A DNA stretch of 64,000 nucleotides from Raillietiella orientalis. Taxonomy: Eukaryota. The DNA lies in the NCBI GenBank assembly GCA_036172245.1, contig JAYWIR010000011.1:4402001-4466000 (forward strand). Direction: 5' to 3'. The first letter of the stretch is position 1; each line of letters starts with the position of its first letter. Of the stretch, positions 23,646-35,015 are shown one piece after another. Under the pieces are notes generated by a model. The model worked only from the letters and a program-made list of their open reading frames with translations. It made no database searches and had not been told where the DNA came from. The position numbers and the translations under genes are program-made.

Positions 23646-25930
23646 GAGGGGGAGAAGAACCCCAAGTGGTTTCCATTCTCAGCTCGAAGAGGAGGGATGT
23701 GACCTCTTCTCTCCTTCCTCAAGAGGAGACTGTTTTTCTGGCGATGGCTCCGTCCATCTCCTCGGCTTTCCTTCGGCGCCGCGCATGTCTGGCAAGGCAG
23801 CCGTGCTGATGGTGGCTCGGCGGGGCAACGTCCAACGCAAGTCGTGGACAAGTCTCTTCCCCGTGCTTTCCTCGGAGAGGAGGGATCGTGCTGGGAGAGC
23901 CCTCGCCCCCATCATCGGGAGGCTCAGCGCCAGCGGCTGTTGCGCCCTTGCGAACCGGGCAGGGACGTCGCGAGGAGATTCCTGCAGCGAAGCTGGGAGT
24001 CGAGCGGATGCCGGGGATGAACGCCGTCCGGGAACGCAGGAACGCCTCCACTTCCCGTCACGCCAGAGGGAGCCAGCAATCGGCGACGATGGCGCCAGTC
24101 CAGAAGGATTTCCTTGTTTAGAAGGCAGCGAGGAACTCTGCGGGCGCCAACGCTCCGCGCCCTCACGCAAGCGCGTTGCGGACCAACGAAGATGGTCGAC
24201 ATTTTCCCGCGCCCCCGCGTCAGGGTCCGTCGTGACCCGCTGACGGTGTTGCGTGACCCAAGAGGGTCCTACCTTTCTTTCCCTCGAGACGAGACCAACC
24301 AGGGAGAAGTAGGAATTCTTCTTCTTTCGTGCTATTCCGCAATCGAAAGTGGCATCCATCACGGCGGCCAGCAACCGTGCTGTCAAGCAGGATGACTATT
24401 GCTGAAGGCGGCAGGGGGAGAGAGAGAGGAGGAAGGAGGAAGCAGCAGTCTCTCTAGCCACCGGCGTCGGAGTCTGCTGGCCAGGTTGCGCGAACCGCGA
24501 TCCCCTCCGCCGAAGCGCCGCTCCGCTTCCGGGAGTTTTTTCCCGTTTCTTTTCGCCTGCCCGACTCGTGCGGTCCGGTTGGCCAAGAGAGGTGCGCGCG
24601 CGCGCGCGGCAGCAGCGGCGGCGGTCGTGATGACTGGCCGCGCCTCCGGCGGATCCCCGGACGGAAACCCTGGCGTGCGCTCCCCCCCCCCCCCCCCCCA
24701 CCACCACCTCCCCGCGCCACTTCCGGATGCGCTTGCCGTGCTCGTCGCAGGAGGGTAAGGTCCTGGCTGTCCGGCGCCCAAGGAGGGAGCGCGAAAGTGA
24801 AAGTCGTGAACGAGCAATGGCGAGCGCGCGTGCTCCGTTCCTCCTCCCACGCTGGAGGGGGGCAGGGGAGCAGTCCCGGCAAGGAAAGGGGAGGTCCAGC
24901 AGGGCGGACGGCGGCCTAGGAAGCGAGAAAGCCCTTTGCGGGAGCAACTGAGGCTGGCCGGAAACCGCGCGGAGAGGAAGAGTGAAGTGACCCCGGCGAG
25001 CGGGAGGAGGAAGGAGCGTTTCGTGACGTCGTCCCAGCGGGTTCGGCCTCCTCCTCCCCCCCTCCCCCTCCTCCGACAGACAGGAGACCTCCGCGCGAAG
25101 GGGAAAGCAGGCGAAAGGAAGCGGAGCGAAAGGAAAGGTTTCTTCGGAGGAAGATGACCTCCGCGGACGAAAATAGATGCATCCGAGTGGCGATTAGGAT
25201 CTTGGGCAACGGAGAGAGAGGGAGGGAGAAGGAAAGGGGGGCGGGCAACAAAGGAAAGCGAGAGGAAGGAGAAAAGGAGAGGGCATTGGACCTCTTTCTC
25301 TTCCGGGAGTGGTCCTCATCGGAACGGTCTCCTAGCAACTTCCTCGGTTCCGTTTTTCTTTGCTTTCCTCCCAAGAGCGAAAGAAAAAAAAAAGAGCGAA
25401 GTTTCTTCCTCGCAGCTCTCGAAGCGCACCCTCGCGGATTCCCCGAGGAGTCCTCAGACGAGGGGGAGGGGAGAGCGTAGGAAAGGAAAAGAAAAAGAAG
25501 GGAGATGCGCCAGCTGGTAGATCGGATGATGAATGCCTCGCGGCTGGAATTACAGGGTCTCCGTCGTCGTCGACGCGCGAGGGCCGGTTCCCGCGTCACC
25601 TTCCCGCCCGGTAGATGGGGAGGCGGCCGACGCTCTCCGCCCGCTCCTTGTCGTCGCCCGCGGCTACCGTTCTCTACCTGCCTCTCTCCCCGGGGGGGAA
25701 CCTCCAGCGAGCTCCGACGGCTCGGCACGCACTCCACCCCTCTCGTCTCCCTTCTGTGCAGGGAAGCAGGGGAGGCGTGTGTGCGGAGGGACCCCTTCCG
25801 GGGAAGAGTGGATGGCGGGCCGTCGTCCCCGCGGTGGCGTCACTGTCGTCTCCTGTCGCTGTTGCAGGTGCTCCTCCTCCTCCTCCTCCTCCTCCTCCTC
25901 CTCCGGAAAGACTGATGAGTTTGCCCGACG

Positions 25931-26066
25931 ATGCGGCTGTTCGGTCGGCGGGCGTCCACGCCTCCTCAGCTCGTGAGGCTGTCCATCATCGGTCCTGACC
26001 AGCTGCCCTGCAGCACGTACCAGGATGCCGACTTCTTCGCCCTTCCTTCATCCGGCGGTGACAGAG
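25931..26066 (+). CDS. PDZ scaffold gene, probable first coding exon (MRLFGRRASTPPQLVRLSII..)
   Basis: ATG 25931 lies within an exon opened by TTGCAG|G (25867); donor AG|GTGAGA at 26067 is phase 1, matching the phase-1 acceptor at 28893. The join is inferred from phase only. Confidence 0.55.
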
Positions 26067-28892
26067 GTGAGAGCAGTCTTCCCCCCAGGGGAACGCGCGC
26101 GCACGGCGTCCCCTCCCGCGGGGGAGAGGGGACGGCGGCGGCTGGAGGAAGGAACCGCGCTGGGCGCGCAGATCGCGTGACCCCACGGAGGCGCCTCCCG
26201 GCCGCGTAGAGCGATCACCCCCTGAGGGTAAAGGGGGAGGGAGGAAACGTCCCTTTTCCCCTCCCCCCTTTGACGGTTCCTCGGTTTTTCCCCATCTCTA
26301 CCTCAGGGCCTCAGACGACGTCGCGGACGCCCGGCGCTGTTGCCTTCCTCGTCCGCGAGAGGCGCTCGCAGCGACTCGCCTTGGCTTGGCCTCGAAAGCG
26401 AGTCTTACCGCCCTCGGGTTGTGTGGGGGCTGCTCCTCCCCTTTCTCGCGCCACGCAGGCGCTCCCGAGGTCCTCACGCGCCTGGTCAGCCCGTTCCCCG
26501 GCCCGCGGAGATCCGTGCTGCTGGGAAACGGACGCCACCTGCTCCTCGGGACGGCGGTGCGCGTTCCAGGCTGGCCGCGCGCCACCCCTGCGGTCCCTCC
26601 CCCCTCCCTGTCAGTGATGCTCCGCGATGCCGGAGGGCGCGGCGAAGGGCCCTTGAGACACGCGACTCCCGTGCCGTCCTCCGCAAGTCTCCCTCCCCGG
26701 GAGAGAACAAGGGCACTCCGGAAACGGCGGCACTGGCGCCTCTGCCTCGTGCCGCCCCTCTCAGCTTGTTGGACGGAGTCGATCGCCGGTTCCTCGCGTG
26801 GTGTGACGTCTGCAGCGGCCAGCCTGTGGGAGGGGGGAGGGGAGGAAAGAAGCGCGCCGAAAGCCGCCCCCTCATCCCGGCTGCCCGCTCTGGATTCGTC
26901 CGTAGACATGGCCCACATTGGGACGATGTCCAGGAGCTCGCTTCCTGATCCAGGAGCAGGAGGAGGAAGGAAGGGAGTGGGAGGAGCTCCTGAGGACCAT
27001 CCGCTCCCCGGGTTTCCCGGAACCCCTCCCGCGGAGTACCCCGCTTCGTTTCCTGCCTGCCCAGAGATCAGCGCGTGACCGTCCGCCGACCCTGCCACCT
27101 CGGCGCACTCTCACGGAGGTCCCACCCATCGCAGCCCTTCCTCTCCCCCGGATGGTCCGGGAGACGGCAGCGAGCGACCGACCCGGACGCGTGCCGTGGC
27201 CTGTGCCCGCGCTGCCGTCTCCGAGCGGGCTCGGAAGCCGTGCACACGGGGCGGCGGCCCCGTTTGACCCCGTTGCACGCGCCGAAGAAACGCCGAGGTC
27301 TCGCCCGTAGGAGCCCTGCCCGTCCTTCGCTCTGCCCTTTCTCTATCCCCCACTCTCACCCCGCCCCCTAGCCGCCCTGTCTCGACCCGCCGATTTCCTC
27401 GAGGATGCGGTCGCTGTGCTCCCATGGAACGTTAGGGAAGACCCCGGCGCTGGGAGGCGGCTGCGATCCTTCGCGCCCATGCTGGGCGGAGGTTAGGGGT
27501 CAGGAGCGCCTTCTGGGCGAGGTAGGCAGAGGGAGAGAGGTGACCTTCGCGTCCCCCTTGCACTGGCGCCGACAGAGCGAGGAGATGGTGCGGGTAGCAC
27601 TCCCGGGGGCACAGCCGACCCCTGACTGGATCTCCGACCGAACGGCCAGGGGTCGGCTGTCCTCGGGAGTTGACTTTGTGTGCGCGCCTGTTTTTCCTCT
27701 CTCCCGCCTTTCCCGATTTGTCTCCCCTGCCCTCCCGACTTCCTGCCGTTTTGCTCCCGTCCTCTTCCCTGGGGTTGTCGCTGTCAGTCCGTGCCACCCC
27801 GGGAAAAGGGTGGGTGGATGAGGAGTGAAGGATGGGTTCAGTTCCCTCTCCCCGGTGTCGAGAGACGCCCAGAGGCGCCTTTTTCTGAACGACGAGCGCG
27901 TCCTTCCCCGAGACGGTTTCCTGGAAGACGGCTGCGGCACCGCGCTCGCAGGGGTGACCTCCGCCGGGGCCTCCCAAGCGCCCCTCAGAGGGCTACTCGG
28001 AGAGGGGCGGGCGCCGCGCCCCGCCCAGCCGCGCACGCAGGGGGTGGTGTGGGGAGACCTGAGGCACCCTCGAGCGATCTTCCCCTCGGGGCTGCTGCTG
28101 CTGCTGCTGCTCCGCCCGCGGCCCCGAGCTCCCAGCGTGCGCCCAGCGGGTCCTCCGCTCCCCTCTTGCTCCTCTCCAGCGCGAGAAATTTCGGTTTCCC
28201 CCTCCTCGCTTCCTCCCTCCCCCACCCCACCCGGTGCCTCATGCGCGAAACGCTCCTCGTCGTCAGCTGACCCTGACGACCGCATTTCCCTTCCCTGCCC
28301 GGCTTTTTTTTTTTTTTTTTTGCCCCTCCCCCCTTCCTCCACCACGTGTGCGCGAGTGCCTCTTTGTGTTGGCCACGTGCCGCTGGCACCCCGGAATGCA
28401 GCGCCGGCGGCGGCAACGGCGCGCACCCTCGGGCACGGACGACGACGCTGCAGGAGCCTCCCGCTCGCCCCTTCTTCACCCGCCGTGACCCTTTCCCCTG
28501 GCCGACCAGTTGGCTGTTTTTTTTCCTTCCCCGCACCCCTGTTTTTCCCTCTCCCCCCTCCCCCGCTGTCTCTCTCCCCTCCGTCGGGTTTTCCCCTGCC
28601 ACCCCTCTCTCCCCGCCTTTTCCCCCGCGACACGCACGGGCGGCTGCGGCAATCCCCGCGCGGAGGCGCGCCGGTCGCGAGCGCGTCCCGCGCGCGCAGT
28701 TGCTGGGAGACGGCCGCAGCCGCTGCCGCCGCTTCATGCTCTGCAGGTGCTGTCGACGCCGACGCGAGCGACAAGGTGCGTAGGGAGGGGAGGGGAGGTG
28801 GAAACGGGAAGGGGATGGGGTGGCGCCCTCCCAAGCAGGGACGCGCGTCGTCGTCCCCGCCCCTCGTTCTCTCTGAAATACCGCCGTTTCAG

Positions 28893-29643
28893 GGCTCGCA
28901 GGAACGAAGCTGGACCCGGGCAAGCCGGAGGACCCCAAGGGTACGTTCCCGTGGACGCCCACCGGCAGGAAGGCCAAGCCCTGGAGGCCGAGCTTCCTGG
29001 AGCGCTCCCGGAAGGCCTCGGCCGCAGAGAGCCCACTGCTGCTGCCGCCTTCAGGGCGCTGCGGGGATGATGACGAGGACGAAGGGGCCACTGACCCCCT
29101 TTCCGGTGGCCGCCGAGCCCCATCGTCCCCTCGGGACGCGGCGGTGGCGGAGTCGCCCCCGCGTCGCTCCACCTTCCCCCACGCGTTCCTGCGCTCCCGG
29201 CTGGCGTCTCTGCCTGAGGAGGCCTCCGAGCCGGGCAAGCTGGCCCGCGCCAAGAGGACCATCTCGGTAACCAGTCTGGGGAGCCCCGCGGCACATGCAC
29301 CCCCCTCCAGCCGGGCGGCCGCCGACGAGAGCGGCTACGAGAGCGACGGCGCCAGGGCTGCCGCCGCCGCCGCCGCCACCCACAGCGGCGCCCGGGGCCC
29401 ACGGTACGAGAGCTGGACGCTGGACAGGAGTTTCGGCCGGCGGCGCGCCGGGGGGGCGGCGGTGGGGGATCCCAGCAGGGCGGCCCTGCCGTACCACCCC
29501 GTCGGCCGCCCCCCGCCACGCGTCCACCACCTCGTCCGGCTGACGAAGAACGACAGGGGACAGCTGGGGGTGTACATCTGCTCCGGGCAGGGGTCGTCCG
29601 GGTACACCGTGGCGTTCGTGGAGCCGGACGGACCTGCTGCCAG
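28893..29643 (+). CDS. PDZ scaffold gene exon: low-complexity linker plus start of PDZ1 (..[54 protein letters not shown])
   Basis: GTTTCAG| acceptor at 28892, open frame, donor CAG|GTCGGT at 29644; PDZ carboxylate-binding loop (K..GQLGVYI). Confidence 0.85.
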
Positions 29644-29695
29644 GTCGGTACCGGCCTCTCACTCCTGACCTCCCTCTCCTATGCCGCCCCCACAG

Positions 29696-30015
29696 GGACG
29701 GGAGGCTGCGAGTCGGCGACGAGATCGTCAACGTCAATGGGAGGAAGCTGCAGGGCACGACCCCGGAGCAAGCGCAGCGGCTGCTTCATTGCCCCTCCCG
29801 CTGCGTGGACTTGGTCGTGGCCCGCCCCTGCCCCTCGCGACCCTGCTCGGCAGCCCTCTCCGTACTCACTCTGGTGTTCGAGAAGGGCCCCGGGCGCAAG
29901 AGCCTGGGCTTTACGATCGTCGGCGGACGCGACTCCGCCAAGGGCAGCATGGGCATCTTCGTGAAGACCATCCTGCCCTCGGGGCAGGCTGTGGACGACG
30001 GTCAGCTCAAGGAAG
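29696..30015 (+). CDS. PDZ scaffold gene exon: end of PDZ1 and most of PDZ2 (PDZD2/pro-IL-16-like)
   Basis: 52-nt GT-AG intron 29644-29695; translation [61 protein letters not shown] carries canonical PDZ motifs of the PDZD2/IL16 type. Confidence 0.95.
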
Positions 30016-30099
30016 GTCAGTGGCGTCCCGCGCCGGGAGGGGGGGAGGGAGCTGCGAACTAGCACAAATACGACGGCATTACCGCGCGCCGTTTCCTAG

Positions 30100-30241
30100 G
30101 AGACGAGATCCTGGCCATCAACGGCAGGTCGCTGCATGGGTTCACCCACGGAGAGGCGCTGGCCGCCTTCAAGCAGATCAAGCATGGTCGCGTCGTCATC
30201 CACGTGGGCAGGAGGTGCCCCGGAAGCGGCCAGAGGAGGAG
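30100..30241 (+). CDS. PDZ scaffold gene exon: end of PDZ2 (GDEILAINGRSLHGFTHGEALAAFKQIKHGRVVIHVGRR)
   Basis: Phase-1 intron 30016-30099 (GTCAG..TTCCTAG); continues the PDZ GDEIL motif in frame. Confidence 0.95.
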
Positions 30242-30296
30242 GTACGTCGCCTGTCCGTCCCCGTGACCCCGTCTTGACGGCGGTCCTCCCTTCCAG

Positions 30297-30384
30297 GTCA
30301 GCCAAGTTCAAGTCCTGCGACGAGCTCGACCTCGCAGGCGGCTCCCCTTCGTCCCAGGGGTGCACCCCCCTCCGGGTGACCTGA
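30297..30384 (+). CDS. PDZ scaffold gene, last coding exon (SAKFKSCDELD..LRVT*)
   Basis: Phase-2 intron 30242-30296 (GTACGT..TTCCAG); TGA 30382-30384. The 5-exon model totals 1437 nt = 478 aa plus stop. Confidence 0.8.
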
Positions 30385-30613
30385 ACGCCCCCGGCCGAAC
30401 GAGAAGGAGGACGCAGGCGACCTTCTTCCCCTTTCCCCTCCCCTTCCGTCCCGGTTTCCCCACCCCCACGTCCCTCACCCCGCCCTCTCTAGTCTCGCGC
30501 GGCTGCCAGCTCCCCTTTCCCCAACCTGCCCTCCCCCCACCGATCTGTGATGATTCCCTACCTTCCCCCTGGCGAGGGACGGAGGGGGAGCCGCGGTGGC
30601 GGCGCTCCGTACC

Positions 30614-30619
30614 AATAAA
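30614..30619 (+). promoter_or_regulatory. Polyadenylation signal AATAAA of the PDZ gene
   Basis: AATAAA about 230 nt after the stop codon, in otherwise GC-rich sequence. Confidence 0.6.
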
Positions 30620-33346
30620 GTTCTTCCCCCCTCGCTCGTGTCCACCCCCGGTCGGGGAAGAGGGGAAAAGGGTAACCGTGGGAGGGGGCGAGACTGTGTT
30701 GCTCGGAGACCGCTGGACCGGGGCGGCGGCCGCCTGCGCCTGGGCGTCTACTCCCGAACTCCCGTTCCTCTCCGACAGGCAAGGGACGGTTCTGACACAA
30801 CCAGGCCCGGCAGCCCCAGGAGGGACGCGGGAGGTGGGTGAAAAAGGGAAGAGAAAGGACGGGCACGCGGGCTGACCGGGGACCTTCCATCTCCGCCTAC
30901 GGCATCTCCGCCGCTCCCCCCCCTTCTTCCTCCCCTATGCGCCGCCGGGCAGCCGACGACTGCTCTGCGAACTGCCCCGGAGGTGGCAAATTCCCTCCCC
31001 CTTTCCCCTCAGGAGGGGAAAAAAAAAAAAAAAACGCGCACAAAAAAAATCCAAGGGACAAAATGAAGGGGGAAAAAAAAAAGAAAAAAAAAAGTGCGTG
31101 CGCGCGCGCGTGAGTGCAGGGAAAACGCCCGAACGGCGACAAAAAAAAAAAACAACCGCAAGACGTGCGGAGCGGCGCGCGCGTTTTTGTCTTCCGGCGA
31201 AGAGGAAGCGGCCAATTAGGGGGCGCGTAGCTGTGTCGGGGTGCACCGGATGATGGGGGGGGGGAGTTTCCAGCCGCACAGGTGGCTCCTCGTCGCCTCC
31301 TGCGCGGAGTTGAAACCCGCTGGCACTCGCGGGAGAGGCGCAGCTGGTGCCGCCGGATCGCCTGCCAGAGGCCGGGGCAGGGTTGCCAGGTTCGCTTTCT
31401 CTCCGACGGCCTTCGGATCGAGTCTGGCGGGACTGTCGACGCCCCTGCCTCCTCCCCTGACCGCACGCACGCGCCCCGGCGTCCCGCTCCCGACCCGCTC
31501 GGCTTCCCGCGCGCAACCCCTGGCCTTCCCGTGGCGTGACCGCGGCGCACTTTCCCTCGGCCGGGCATCCCGCACTCGTCGGGGTGGGGCATCGCCGTGG
31601 CCGAGCTGACAGCTGACGCTTGGGGGGGAGGGGAGGGGCTTCCCCTCGGGACGAAGCGACGCCGTCTTCGACTTCCGCCTTGCTGCCGCCGCAGAGGGGG
31701 GTAAGGTTGACATTAGATCGCCCAAGCCAGCGACGCCCGCGCTGGTTCCTTCCTTTCCTCCTTTTTCGACTCCCCACCCTTCAGGGGGTAACGAAGAGGC
31801 CGGCGGCTCACCCGCACACACACACACACACCCCCTGTCTACCCAATCCCCGGTCACCAGCAGCTGTTCCCTTTCCAGACGGATCCGGCACTCCTTCGTC
31901 TCAAATTCCCGTCACTCCCTCCCATGCGGCAGGCGGCCGTCGAAAACAACTGGTTTACATGGCAACGCGAACGGAGGGGGCAAAAACAGCAAGCAGGCGC
32001 CGCCGTGCGGAATCGAACGCGCGCGGCGGTCCTCCTCGTCTTGCGTGACACCGTCCACGCACTCATCGCTGCGCGGCAATCTCACTCGGCGGCGGGCCAC
32101 TCCCTCGCAGCCTTTGCAAGATATGCGTGACTGTCCAGGAAGGGACCCTCCTGCAGCTGCAGACTGCTCCCTCCCCCTGATCCTCCTCCTCTTTCAGAGA
32201 TTCTGCAGGTCCCCTGAGGAGAAAGGAGGGGGACGGGATTCCCCCCCGCCCCGTCGTCCCCTTCGAAGTCCCCTCTCCACCCCCCACCTTCTCGTCTCCC
32301 ATGCTCGTGATGGGCATCGTAACCCCATGGTACGCACCGTGGGGCTGCGTAGGGGAACCCCTGCTCCCAGAAAGCTCCAGCCGGCGTTGCCGTCGCAGTC
32401 ACCTGCTTCGCCACCCCAGTCCTGGATCGTCGTTGCGTGGGAACTCCTTGCCAGGCTGGCGCCGGGTTCCAGACGGTATCGGAAACCTCCGGCGTCCCCG
32501 AGACGAGGGTTGCGGGTTCGAACCTCAGCGGCGTCGGGGACGGCACCCGTCCGGGAGCTCTCCCATTCGAAGAGAAACGCAGCATGCGCGGCGCCTGCGG
32601 AGCCTCGGACGAATGCCGCAGGCAGCCTGTGACCCATCCAGGGCGGATCCCGGTCCGACGAGCTGGCGAGGGGGACAACCCCAGCCAATCACACGTCGCC
32701 CCTCGTCACCGACGTCGGGAGTGCAGCCTTTCACCGCGGCGCACCCCTCGCACCCGGAGGTGCGTGCGCCAGGGAGGGGGGGAGTCGAAGGCGTCGCCGG
32801 CTTCCTGGGTCGTCGGTGCAGTTCCAGGAAGGAACCTCACCGCGGCTCCGGACGCTGCCGTCCTCCTCCTCGATTCAGGGCGTTTCCTGCCGCAGCTTCT
32901 TGCGCGCCCTTGAGAATTTCGGTCACCACCTCTTCTCCCTCCAGGGCATCGTGAGTCGGGAGTGACTCTGCCTTCCCCTCCGCTCTCCGAAATCCACTCG
33001 CTGCTGTTCTTGGTAGGTTCGTTTCTTGCGGCCTTCCTTCCTTCCTCCGTTTGCTTTCGTTTTGGTCCTTGCTGCGGGAGCAGTTCATGGATAAAGAGGG
33101 ATGTGGCAGGAGGCGCACCCGGGTACGCTTCCCTCTTCTTCGCATGCCCTCCTTCCCCGGGGGTTTCGGCCTCTGCTGAGAGTCCGGCCGCTTGCCCTGC
33201 CACCCTCCTCCAGTCAGGGACAAGAAGGGTCCGACCGGTGAGGACGAGGAGCTCTCCCCCAGGCTGGACTCAACTCGTCGCGCGGGTCACCCGGCTGGGG
33301 ACCAACCCTGGGCCTGGAGCGCTTGAACGCAGGGCTTCGACGCGAC

Positions 33347-35015
33347 CCGCGTTGGCGGCTGCGGCTGTCTCGAGTGGCACCGGGCGTCGCGGGTTCGAAT
33401 CCCGCCCGAGGAAAAGGTTGACGCCGAGAACGGATTGACAGCCGGTCACCCCGGGACGTTTGTTTATTAAAAAATGAAACTTGGACGTCAGTAGCAGGAT
33501 GCGTGATCCTGCCACGTTATATGGATATGCGACAGGAACCTGCCGGGAACCGGCGCGCAGGCCGGCGAGGTTCGCCTCGGCAGCAAAGGGGAAGGAGAGG
33601 AGGCAAACAAAAAGAAAAAAAAATTAAAGAAAAAACATACAGTCGAAAAAAAAGGGGAGTGGGTAGGTTCGGGAAGGGATCATTGTGTGCTGGAGGACGT
33701 CTTCTACATCCTCGTAAGGATGTTGGCAAGTTTCTGTTTCGACACTTCCAAACGGGGCCATGTTGACGCTGTCCTCATGAAGAGGACAGCAGAATAGATG
33801 AAGCCCTTGTCGTCCTGACCTTCTCTGGCGCTGCTGCTCCATTCATCCACGGTCCCGCCCCGTGGGCAGCAAAGTGCTGCTGGGGATGCGACCTGCGTGA
33901 GGGCGTCGCGTAGGAAGAGGTTCTTCAAAACGTCTCTGGAGTTGCCCTCGGGGATATGAGGCAAAGCGTTCCCACATGAGCAGGTGCGGGAGCGACCCCC
34001 TCTAACCGCACCTGCCGCAGTTCGAGCTCACATTCCCCCGGGTCCAATGATGTCGGCGGGTGCTGCACGGGAGGCCCCAATGCAATATCAGGGTCGCCGT
34101 TTCCTGCCACTTCAAGGAGAGGGCACTGTTCCAGCATGCTGGGGACCACTGCATCTCCTCCAGAGGAATTTCTAATAGCTCTCCCCAGCGTGGCAGTCCT
34201 TTTGGTGGGACACTCGGGGTCACAGCGTCCGCCAGCTCCCGAGTTGGCCACGCACCCAGATGTTGTTTCCTTCTCCCTATCACGCAGGTCACTTCCCACC
34301 GGGGAAAAGGTCGACGCCGAGAACGGGGGGTGCCTCGTGGGTTTCGAGTTCCTACTTTGCAGGATGACGCTATTTGGCCTACGGGCTTCGGGTGCGGCAC
34401 TGGTGGAAGCAGCCGGAAACCGGATACCCTCGTTGACTGGCCTCCGGCACTGGACGTTGACCCTCCGTGGTCCTTCCAGGAATCGAGGTGCCCTTCGGGG
34501 TTCCTTCCAATTGCGAAAATGGAGCCGTACCATGGAGCTGGTTGATGCCTACACTGTGGGTTGCCTCTCCAGTGTACAGGAAGAGCACTGCTCCTTTGCG
34601 GGAGCGATCCTGCAGAGAAATCGGAAAGAGTCCCTTAGAGGTTCTTTCCAGACTAGGAAACAGGGAGTGGTTCCTTTGCGGTGCCCCCCGGAGAAGAAAT
34701 TCCAGAAGCGCATGCTTTCCGGGTTCCCTTTCCGGGAGAAGAAAATAAGGAGTGATCCCACTCCCCCCCTCACCGGGGATCCCTCCAGAGAGAACAAAGA
34801 AGAGATTCCCTTGAGGGTTCCCTCCCAAGAGTGGGAAGAATGCTATCCTTCCTCCAGAGCCTTCCTGGAATTTATAGGGTGGTCCCTACGGGGCGAGCCC
34901 CCACCAACTTGAAGAGTTGCGCGCACCCTTGACTCACCTCAAAGAGCGTCAAAGAGCTCCGTGAGCCCCCTAAGGGGGAGGGCGGTTCTTCAGCACCCGA
35001 CGAATCGAAAGCAGC
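33347..35015 (+). mobile_element. tRNA-derived SINE-like repeat, copy S3 (33347-33433 and 34303-35015), interrupted by a LINE fragment
   Basis: Head CCGCGTTGGCGGC..GTCGCGGGTTCGAATCCCGCCC; the body resumes after the duplicated 24-mer at 34303-34326 and is collinear with S1, S2 and S4. Confidence 0.75.
33434..34302 (-). mobile_element. 5'-truncated non-LTR retrotransposon, copy 2, flanked by a 24-bp TSD
   Basis: Translation ..PPKGLPRWGELLEIP..LHWGLPCSTRRHHWTRGNVSSNCGRCG..HLL..NSRDVLKNLFLRDAL..FMRTASTWPRL; 3'UTR with AATAAA, ending ..GTGACCGGCTGTCAA; TSD 33410-33433 / 34303-34326. Confidence 0.85.

Noticed and set aside
27500..29519. Overlapping long ORFs (27500-28834 -, 27825-29270 +, 27985-29262 -, 28734-29519 -)
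   Set aside because: They cross poly-T and pyrimidine tracts of the PDZ gene intron or are off-frame or antisense shadows of its exon; only the spliced frame gives PDZ motifs.
32505..32530. Lone B-box-like GGGTTGCGGGTTCGAACC
   Set aside because: No A-box head, no paired T-stem and no SINE body follows.
33500..33590. LINE 3'UTR structure as a hammerhead or HDV-like ribozyme
   Set aside because: No CUGANGA/GAAA core and no nested double pseudoknot could be drawn by eye; kept only as an unclassified structure.
34630..34870. Periodic 40-bp units as a CRISPR-like array
   Set aside because: The units are degenerate tandem subrepeats without unique spacers, inside a dispersed eukaryotic repeat, and no cas genes are present.
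33347..35015. Reading the composite as a DIRS/Ngaro element with split direct repeats
   Set aside because: The duplicated segment differs between the two composites and each is single-copy in the other SINE copies, which fits TSDs; no tyrosine recombinase, RT or RNase H is seen.
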